Origin: Phoronis australis
Taxonomy: Eukaryota > Animalia > Phoronida
DNA length: 64,000 bases
NCBI GenBank assembly: GCA_002633005.1
Contig: NMRA01000089.1
Location: 186,001 to 250,000, forward strand
Direction: 5' to 3'
How positions within the stretch are numbered: position 1 is the stretch's first letter; each line of letters opens with the position of its first letter. The notes under the pieces were generated by a model. The model saw only the letters and a list, made by a program, of their open reading frames with translations, was not told the DNA's origin and did no database searches. This document shows positions 54,947-64,000 of this stretch, piece after piece. The position numbers and the translations under genes are program-made.

Positions 54947-55973
54947 CAGTGGCGGATCTAGGATATCACAAGGGGGGGCCCAACATTTTGTCCGGCTGTA
55001 AGCATTTGTGCAAACTGAACCACGATTGTTGATGCGCACAGCACCGAATGGGGGGAGGTAGGGAGGGGGGTTTGCCCCCCTCCCGCCCAGGAAATTTTTC
55101 TGTTTTTACCTCTAAAAATCAAGCATTTTCCTTGATTCCTGAAGTATTATCCAAGAAAAAAAGGAAAAAAAAAAAAAAAAACACGGAGAACGTGTCTAAC
55201 AGGAATAACCAAACGTATCAAAGACTCGAACTCGCGACCCGACGGACAGAGAGCGCGTGCGTTACCACTACAACACCACGATTTAGCTACTGATACTACG
55301 ATAAGAGGCCTTCTTGTTTATGGTCCACAGCGTTTGCGCGCGAAACTATTTCTTTTCGTAATGCTTATTATACCTTTTATGTTTTGTGCCATGAATTCTT
55401 AACAAATTTGTCGTATTTAAAATAGTCTTCAAATGCCCAAAAGACCAAATCCGTTTTTCGTGTTGGCAATAATGACGGGATTGCGTTGGAAATCGTCTTA
55501 AGATAAGGTTTGACAAAGAGAGTATTGCGAGTTTCTGAGTGATTCACGAAGGCTTTGATTAAAATTCACATCTTACCAGCAGCTTCTGTTTTCTCATCGT
55601 CACTCAGGTTCCATTCTCTTTAAAAAATGAAGTAAATTTTCTTCATTGCACAGTGGAGTAGACGACGAAAACGGAGTCGTAGTGCGCAACGCCACTGCCG
55701 GTCGCCTGGGATATCGCGGGAGAGCCTATACTTAGCCATAGTTCCGTTACGAATGCGCCGTGTTCCGAATTTGACTCGTGAAATTGGGGTTTGAGCCCCC
55801 CCCCCCAAACACTAAATCTGCACACATTTAAATCTTTTTTTCATCCGTATAATTTTAATTACCGGGGTTAACTAATAAACTCACCATTTCCCTACGCTCT
55901 TACTGTTTAATTTTTTTTTGCGGCTGCCAAGGGGGGGGGGGCGGGCCCCCTGCCCCCCCTAAATCCGCCTATG
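54947..55973. mobile_element. ~1-kb non-autonomous TIR element with perfect 5-bp TSD, containing a tRNA-like segment
   Basis: Layout agccg|cagtggcggatctagg ... cctaaatccgcctatg|agccg. A minus-strand A-box/B-box segment (tgttgtagtggt..gttcgagtc) lies at ~55221-55285. Confidence 0.85.
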
Positions 55974-56699
55974 AGCCGGTTCAAACAGTGAAACCGAGTG
56001 GCTAAAATGAATGCATACAACGTGGACTAAAGCTGTTGCTTTTTCGATTGTTTAACTTCTGGAATTGAATACCTTGCCAAAAAGTTAGGCTTACTTTTAC
56101 CCGAAGAAATACCCGTTTTAGTTCCTCGTTGAACCACAATATATAATGGGCCTGTGAGTCATGTGTTTTGTGACAAAAGACTGCGGGAACGTTTAACAAT
56201 GGAATAAATCAAGATCCGGATTTAATTTCGAGTTGAAAACCACTGTTGTCTGAACATGAAATCAAATGGGAAGTTTTTGAAATGACCTGAAATTTTAGTG
56301 AGCTTGGTTTGAAGAAATCGCGAACTGTCAGCAGTCAATATAGAGACCAGAGCTCACTTCAAACTCAATACGGAAAAAATAAAAAATACCAACTTTATAA
56401 CGGTATTGAAATGGCTTAAATCAAAGCTTATCTTTGATAATATCACAGTTTGCCACTTTTAGAATTAGTTTTTACTTTATGTATATACAATTTTATAGAT
56501 ATTTTGCTAAATACACTCAAATAGGTTTGTCGATGGGGTTCTTCATTAACTTTATACGCTTAAAATACGTTTATGTTCTTCGTTTTACCTGGGATATTGG
56601 TCCTAGGTTTTACTTTCAGGATGTCGCAAAATGTGTTTTTCTATTTTCGCCACATTTTGATTTAGTCATCTTATTACGTAACGTTCATTTGTTGATTAC

Positions 56700-57560
56700 T
56701 CCCACTTTCAGAGAAGGCGCTTCCTGTTCCCAGAACTGAGTGTGAGCCATATCACTTACACGTGCACATAATTAATTGGCTGATTAATTGTGTCTTGTGG
56801 GTTTTATATGACATTCTCAGTTCCTTTGACGACAATTTGTTTCGTGATCCGCAGTCGAATGCGTCATGATCTAGAATCTGCATGCTGTCATTAGTTCAGT
56901 TTTACCAGGAAGAGATGGTTTTACCCAGCTTTACGTATGTTCTAAGTGTATCGCTTCAGAATAGTTCGACTCAATAGTCTTCAATAATTTAACTAAACCC
57001 TGTTTTTTTTTCTATCTGCACCGACCAACCATATCTATTGATAGCCCCCCCCCGAACCGCATTCTCCCCTTCACCACAATCATTTTAGGCTCGTCCGGTT
57101 TACGTCGTTTACGCTCGTCGTTTATGCGAGCGTGAGAAACGTGGTAGACAGCGTACAGCTTTTTCGGAGCTCACTGACTTGAGCTGCAACCTAATCTCTC
57201 ACTGGACATAACGATTACCTCGCGAAACACAGGCGAGGACAGCGTCTTAATACTATTGTGATACAAACAGGCGACCAACACAACGAGCGGGTCAAAATTG
57301 GCATTGTTTATAGATGTCGCTTCAATCGCAGGGTTTTAAAAATGATGGAGGAAGTGTGAAGTAGCAGCTGTTTTCTTTGTCACTCATGTTGAAGAATGAA
57401 AACGGAAAATGTAGTTGAAGGTAAGCACACTCAATATTGACGCTCTCATTAATCTGAAAAATACACATTAGACACTGAGCAGTTTCTGTTCGTTGTAAAC
57501 GTTGAATCACAAAAATGCTGACAAGTGTTACTCATTTTGAATTCCTTGCGGTGTTATTTT
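56700..57560 (-). promoter_or_regulatory. CpG-rich candidate distal promoter / first exon region
   Basis: CpG density is visibly higher than in the flanks, with minus-strand donor-like sites GAG|GTAATC (~57219) and CGT|GTAAGT (~56760). No coding potential seen. Assignment to neurexin is inference. Confidence 0.3.
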
Positions 57561-58664
57561 TTTCCTGTAGTAGGCCTAACTGTGCTGGAGACATGCAAAC
57601 GGTACCTGGGGCTAGTAGCTTAGTTACACACTAAATGATAAGGTGGTACTCCTAGTATAGGAGCATATGTGTAGTGGAAGTCTGACGAGGTTCGCGTGAA
57701 TCTCACCACTACATAGACACTAGACAGTGCCACTGTTACAACTAGCAGGAGAGACGGAAGCCATCTCATAGGCCTTGATACGCCTGAAACTTTTCAGTAA
57801 TTTAAGATTAAACCTTCAAAGCTAGGAATTAGCACTGGTTCCCAGATCAAATTTACGTTGGTATAAGTACCTTTTGGACACAGGGGCACCATAGGAGCCC
57901 ATTAATCATGTCTCAGTCCTGGCTTCCAACTCAACAAATACTCCCGCAATCAAATTTTTTAGCAGTTGCCCAAATTGGCAACTGGCCATTTTTATACTGC
58001 TCGTTGGAGGGGATAAAAAATGGCATCATATTCCCCGGTGAGAGCAATCAAAATTTTTTTCAACAATCCTTCGTTCAGTTGCCCAAATCTAGGACCAATA
58101 TCTCCCAGCCCAAATCGACAACTGGCCATTACATTGCTTGCACCAAGAGAGGTCATCACCTGGCAGTTGGGATCACCTGATGACTGACATTGGAGATGGA
58201 TCCTTATCTCATTTAAAAATGATGTTTACAGCATGCACAAGGTTTTCCTAGTATACAAGCAAACATTACCATGTAAAGGCAAGCAAATAAGAAATTTAAG
58301 TTAAATTTTATTTAAATTTGCATGGATGTGTTACAAACTCGCATTTAAGCAACTTTGATGACAATCGTACAAATCATATAGCAGGACAGTCTTAGAAAAG
58401 TCATTGGTATTTTTCCACTTGTTGGTTAGAACTAGAATGGCGATTTAACTGTTGCATTGTGAACTAGCAACAAATTCTTTGAACTCAGCTGGAGCCGCAG
58501 AAGAGTGTGCTTACGTCTTTGGTTTGCATTGAGAAGAGCATCCCTATTTTTCACGTTTTATTTCAAATAATGTATGTCATGTAAACAAACAATCATACAC
58601 ACTATGTGTGCTCGATCATGAACATGAGAAATATAATGATCACCAAAATCACTGTGTCCTAACA

Positions 58665-59820
58665 TTTGGAGAATTTCCCGCTTACACTGGTCACCACTAA
58701 GATTGCCTTTGCCCCAGACAACCTTTTTACTGCCTGTTCATTGCGCCCTTTATATTCAAGTAGATCTAAGCTAATAAAGTGGAAAGGTAATTGCTAGCAC
58801 TATTGTCTCAACAATGATGGTTATTATTACACCAAAAGTGGTTTTCTCCGACATTTGCACATAATTACAGCCTGGAATGTCCAGTGTAGCTTTTACTTGG
58901 TACATTTTACAAAATGACTAAAATCAGTAATTTTTCTTTATCTTGGCAAAGGGCCACTTCCCAAAGGAACGTTAGAACTTTTTGAACATGTTTCACACTG
59001 GTTTTCATTATTTTATTTTTCATACCACAGTCTACTTTGTTCTTGCCGTGCGGGAACGGGTTGCTATCCATCTTATTTTTAAGCTTAAATTACCAAAACA
59101 GTGGCACCGGTAGATTTTGATAGCCAGTGGAACTTAGAAGTCAGTTAATTGGTGAACCTGTCCCCACTACTTGTATTTTTTGTTGACTTTGACGCTAGCC
59201 ATTGTTGGTCTTTATATGTGCTCCACCACCAGCTGACTACGGTCCATATTGGGGGGAGGGGGCATTTCCACTAATATTAGTTTTCCGGTTAGCATACTAC
59301 TCATCAAAAAGTTCTACATTCACTGGGCAACAAGCGTCTTAAAATCATTTAATGTCTAATTTGGTGTTGCTTCTATTTGTTGTAATGTAGCTTAGTTTTA
59401 TACTACAAGAATAATCCAAGTGATATTGTCAATTATTATCACAGTTTGTAAATCCTCCGTGTATATCAATACCCACGGTTGTTTATCTTCATTTGTAACC
59501 AACGTTTGTAGTTTTTAGCTTGTTAGTTCATCAATTTTTAAAAATTGAAGACCAAACTTAACATTTTTTTCCAGCTGAATACCGCAGTAATGTTCATTTT
59601 TAACAAAATTCATTTGGTTTTTGCATTTTGAAAATTTGCCAATAGGTGCAGGTAGAGATGCACTACAGTGTATGGCTGGGTAATTACACTTAATTGGGCA
59701 TTGCTCGAACTGGACAATGCGGTCATCACAACTGTGTTTGACTTTGGCGCCATGCTCTCTTGATCTCTGTAAAAGCTGCTCAGAAGGACCAGTTGTGAAA
59801 ATTTCCACATATCTTTGTAA
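58665..59820 (-). repeat. right arm of ~1.2-kb diverged inverted repeat
   Basis: cctttgccccagacaac, taattacacttaattggg and atgctctctttgatc..gctcagaagg occur in mirror order to the left arm. Confidence 0.8.
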
Positions 59821-60255
59821 ATTTATATTTATATTTATTTTTCATGGCATGATCTTCAGAATCAAAATAATTCAGTTTAGCTTGATCCGGTGTACAAAAT
59901 TTTAGAGACCTTCCCAAACTGGTGAATTTTTAGGATAATCTGTCACATTTTATACAGAGTGGGTGACTGACAAATAGGCTGGCCCACAGTCACAGTCTAA
60001 ATTGAAGTTCCTGTTGAAACAATTTATCACATTTAACTGAGCCATACTGTGTCTGTTTGTTGACAATCCTGGTTTTAGGCCAAGATAAGCTCCTTAGCAA
60101 TAATCCATTAGTCATATTTTCAACACACATGCACACACAGCTGTGACCAAATGTTTTGTTTTGAAAGGTTATATAGGACCCTAGAAAAACCTCGAACATC
60201 GGACAATCGTGTGCCAGATTGGCTGATCGTATTCACATGAAGCTTTCAGATACAT

Positions 60256-60354
60256 ATAGATTATTACATGGCGAAGTCGTTATCCCCTGTTATCTAGAGC
60301 CCAAGTGGGCTCTAGATAACAGGGGATAACGACTGAGAACATGTAATAATCTAT
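60256..60354. repeat. long near-perfect palindrome/hairpin
   Basis: A 29-bp perfect inner stem (60275-60303 / 60306-60334) plus a 15-bp outer stem (60256-60270 / 60340-60354). Confidence 0.95.
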
Positions 60355-60891
60355 TCATACCACTTACTGAACAAGAAACATTGAAATGAATCGATCTACC
60401 TTTCTCGACTCGCCACGGCTTTGTAACTACTTTCTATGTCAGAGGCCCGGGGTCGGAGGTCGTGACCTTTTAAGAAAAGCCGAGCTATTTTTGTCAAATA
60501 ATGCTTATACTCAAAACCTATTGAAAAATTTAAACAAAATAGAAATAAAGTGAATATATAAATTAAGGTTTAGCAACTATTATAGCTTACTACACGCTAA
60601 GCTTCGACCGGGAAAATATCGTCTGCTAAAGTAGGTTACCAATAGTAACTGAGTATAATGCTCAAGTCAAAGGATCCTGAAGACAGGACACCTGCATTCA
60701 AATTGGAGATCGGTGATTTACAAGTGAGAGAACACGAGAGAAAAATTTCACTGAATTAAAATATTGTTTTTTATGGAAATTATGCCTCTTATTTTTCATA
60801 GCGTATAAATGTCGGTGCAATGCCCTTTGCTGAACATGCGATTGGTGCGCGTGATCATTTAAGTATTCTATTTTCACATTCGATGACGTCA

Positions 60892-60965
60892 GCCGCTGCG
60901 TGGTGTAGTGGTAAAGTCGGCGACTCGCAACTGTTGAGGCCCGGGTTCGAATCCGTCCTCGGTTT
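60892..60965 (+). mobile_element. tRNA-derived head / pseudo-tRNA
   Basis: A-box tggtgtagtgg and B-box ggttcgaatcc. The cloverleaf stems are imperfect. Confidence 0.6.
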
Positions 60966-61099
60966 CCCGCCAAAATGTTATCTCACTAGTGAGATAACTT
61001 TATGGGTTATTACACGGTTTTATCTGCCATTCGAGGCTAATATTGTGGTATAATATGCTTTATACAGCATATTCACTTCATAATAACCTTAACTCAAAA

Positions 61100-62050
61100 A
61101 CATCAGTGTTAACAAAAACACTATTAAGGTGAACAATACAAAAACAATCACCAGTAAGTTTAACAATATGAATAACCAATCACCAGTGAGATGAACAATG
61201 CAAACAACCAACCACCAGTTAGATGAATAAAACAATCAACCAAAAACCAGTTAGATGAACAACGCAAAAAACATTCACCAGTAAGTTTAATACAAACAAC
61301 CAATCACCAGTAAAATGAACAGTGCAAACCACCAATCACCAGTAAGATGAACAATACAAACAACCAATCACCAGTTAGATGAACAAACAAACAACCAATG
61401 ACCAGTAAGACGAACAATGCAAACAACCAATCACCAGAAAAATGAATGATACAAAAAACAATCACCAGTTAGGTGAACAATACAAGGAACCAATCACCAG
61501 TAAGATGAACAGTACAAAGAATCAATCATCTGAATTCAAACAACCAATCGCCAGTAAAATGAAAAATTCAATAAAACAATCACCAGTAAGTTTAATAATA
61601 CAAACAACCAATCACCAGTAAAATGAATAATGCAAACAACCAATCACCAGTAAGATGAACAATGCAAACAACCAATCACCAGTAAAATGAACAATACAAA
61701 AAACCAATCACCAGTTAGGTGAACAATACAAAGAACCAATTACCAGTAAGATGAACAATACAAACAACCAATCAACAGTTAGACGTACAAAACCAATAAC
61801 CAGTAAAATGAACAATGCAAACAACCAATCACCAGTAAAATGAACAATGCAAACAACCAATCATCAGTTGGATGAACAACACAGACAACCAATAACTAGT
61901 AAGATGAACAATGCAAACCACCAATCATCAGTAAAATGAACAACACAAAGAACCAATCACCTGTAAGATGCACAACACAATCAATCACCTGAAGATGAAC
62001 AACACAAACACCCAATCACGAGTAAGATGAATACAAACAACCAATAACAC
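61100..62050. repeat. ~32-bp minisatellite array (roughly 25-30 diverged units), most with aaccaatca
   Basis: Consensus aaacaaccaatcaccagtaagatgaacaatRc. Confidence 0.95.
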
Positions 62051-62918
62051 AAAGCATCATATAACTAATGAACATGAGATGTTATGGTTACAGTAAAATC
62101 CTATTATGCAGTAGTTTGTATTGACAATGCACCTCATACCCTGTACAAGAAGCTCTGCTTTAAGGTTGCAGTGAAAGTTTTACAATCTTGGCCTAATATG
62201 GATCCCATAGTTCATACCTTACCTTGTCAATTTTGAACCATGAATGGCCACACACATGAGTGAGGTAGAAGTTATCTGTTTTTGATTAGACATAGAGTTT
62301 TAGATTTATAGTGTATACCTTTACTGAACCACAAGTTGGAGAACTTGATTATTGTGTACTATTAAACTCACTCCTACAGTCGTAAAATATATGACCTAAC
62401 ATGGATTGCTTAATTCGTACATTACCATAGTCATAAGGTATGTACCAATTATCTAATAGATTACCACCATCGTATGATGTATAACTCGGTAAAAATCTGT
62501 TTGTTCATACATTACCTTGCTCATAATTATGGTATATGACTCAATATGGACCATTTATTTAATACATGACCATAGGCATAAGTTATAAATCTTGAATTAT
62601 TTAATGCATTTAACCCAGGCCGTAAGGTATAGGACTTATTATACCGCACTATTGATCAATTAGTTCTGGCTGTTGTACGAACTATTTTTTATCATTCTTT
62701 TTATTGTTATTTCACTTTGTAAGTCACTGTTTTATGAATCACACCTCATCTTGTTCTTAGTTATTATGAAGGGTTTCAACTGTTTTAACAGTGGGTACTT
62801 CTTTCGGTCCACAAATGTCCTTGTTTTTCTCTAGTCATGAATACTTTTCAATATACATTTGATTATTAGAACAATCATCTTACTTGCATAAAATGAATGG
62901 AGAATCCTTAAATGCTAT

Positions 62919-63075
62919 CAGGGGCGGATTCAGGATTTTTAGTTAGGGGGGCCAGGGCAGAGTATTAGGCAGGATTTTGCCCATCAGACATTCACACCCC
63001 CGAACTGCCAAATGGGATCTGGGAGAGTTTAGGGGGGGCAGTGGCCCCCTTGGCCCCCCTCTAAATCCGCCACTG
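62919..63075. mobile_element. ~157-bp TIR MITE, inverted copy of 45496-45653
   Basis: caggggcggattc ... aaatccgccactg, with flanks gctat / gcttt. Confidence 0.85.
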
Positions 63076-63344
63076 GCTTTCGCAGTCCTCATGCATAAAG
63101 TTAGAGTGAAGCTGTTATCCTGACTCCAGTCTTTCATCCAAAGGTCGTGTGTACTCACAGCTAATTTTTCTACTCAAGTGCAAAAAAGTTAGCTTTGCTG
63201 AAAGGAAGATATGTAATCTTTAGTTAACGGCGAAGGTAACCTTTTCTCATATGTCATTTTTAGTAAAAATAAGGTTCATTGAGTATGCCAGACATATTTT
63301 TCAGTTAATTACAGCTTCTCGTAATTTAATTAATTACTCATCCC

Positions 63345-63565
63345 CTACTCCGGAAGTGATGTTTAGGGAGTCGAGAATTGCGCGCCAATTTGGTTCTGCA
63401 TTCTAGTTTACTGTGAGGATCTGTACTACTGTTGTTTTCGTGCTATTTTCTAAAATTGTTGTCACCACTTCCAATCGACGAGTATTCTACAACAAGCTAG
63501 TTGTTAGATAACTCAGTTACCTTGGATTTAGGGATTGTTTAGTTTGTAGTAACCTAAAAATGGCT
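63345..63565 (+). promoter_or_regulatory. promoter-like motif cluster upstream of the KolX-like remnant
   Basis: ETS-type ccggaagtg (63350-63358), gcgcgccaa, and a YY1-like aaaatggc overlapping the ATG at 63560. Confidence 0.35.
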
Positions 63566-63603
63566 GCAGTCGGCAACATATTACAATGACCATAGTGACG
63601 TGA

Positions 63604-63745
63604 CATGGGCGATGCAGCACTGAAAAAAGTGGGGAGCTATAGCCCTCCAGCCCCCCTGTGGTGCACCTCCCATAGACCGTGGGCGGCGTAGCATTGAAAA
63701 AAGCAGGGGTATAGCCCCCCAGCCCCCTGTGGTGCGCCGCCCATG
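63604..63745. mobile_element. 142-bp dimeric TIR MITE with perfect 5-bp TSD
   Basis: Layout cgtga|catgggcg ... cgcccatg|cgtga. Built from two ~68-bp related halves. Confidence 0.85.
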
Positions 63746-63756
63746 CGTGAGTGGGT

Positions 63757-63935
63757 GGGTATATGTTTGAGTATACTGAGGTAGAGCACTCACAGAGAAA
63801 GCTGTTGAGAGGAATAAGGCAGAGGCTGAGGCTGAGGACAGACGTGATGGGATGTCTTGGTGCAAATGCACGGTGTACATTGTTATGCCGACCTCAATGG
63901 AATGCTTATGCTGTTCCCTCTGGATGTTGACCTGA
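63757..63935 (+). pseudogene. decayed KolX / nanor / P2X7 intracellular-domain-like coding remnant (probably Kolobok transposon)
   Basis: Reads GYMFE-YTE, then after a frameshift ...DRRDGMSWCKCTVYIVMPTSMECLCC. This matches the Y.FEP and WC.C..C..MPT..EC.CC motifs of that family. It carries a frameshift, a stop at 63933 and a MITE insertion upstream. Confidence 0.7.
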
Positions 63936-64000
63936 GCACCCAAACTGCTTACATACTGCCATGTGATTCCCTCGCCACACATACACATGATACCTTCTAA

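Noticed and set aside
60312-60329. Resemblance to the I-SceI homing endonuclease site
   Set aside because: Only a partial match within a palindrome, with no biological rationale.

Overview
AT-rich animal genomic DNA, probably from a bilaterian invertebrate (lophotrochozoan-like repeat landscape; this is inference). It is not prokaryotic. The only well-supported gene is the 5' part of an alpha-neurexin on the minus strand. A large first coding exon (14147-13409) encodes the signal peptide, LNS1 and EGF1, and two LNS2 exons lie at 5188-5054 and 3133-2970. A candidate 15-nt microexon (2505-2491, YETVR) sits exactly at the vertebrate neurexin splice-site-2 position. The rest of the gene probably continues beyond base 1. 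Upstream (14.6-57.6 kb) are candidate 5'UTR exons and promoters. The repeat landscape is dense: three Helentron/HINE-like elements carrying same-orientation arrays of CTCF-consensus motifs, a group of TIR elements with 5-bp TSDs, Kolobok- and Harbinger-like MITEs, LINE and Penelope remnants, tRNA-derived heads, several minisatellites and a ~1.2-kb inverted repeat pair around a CpG-rich domain. There is also a decayed KolX/P2X7-tail-like coding remnant at the right end and a 1.17-kb duplication joined at an N that is probably an assembly artefact. All alignments were done by eye, so repeat boundaries are approximate.
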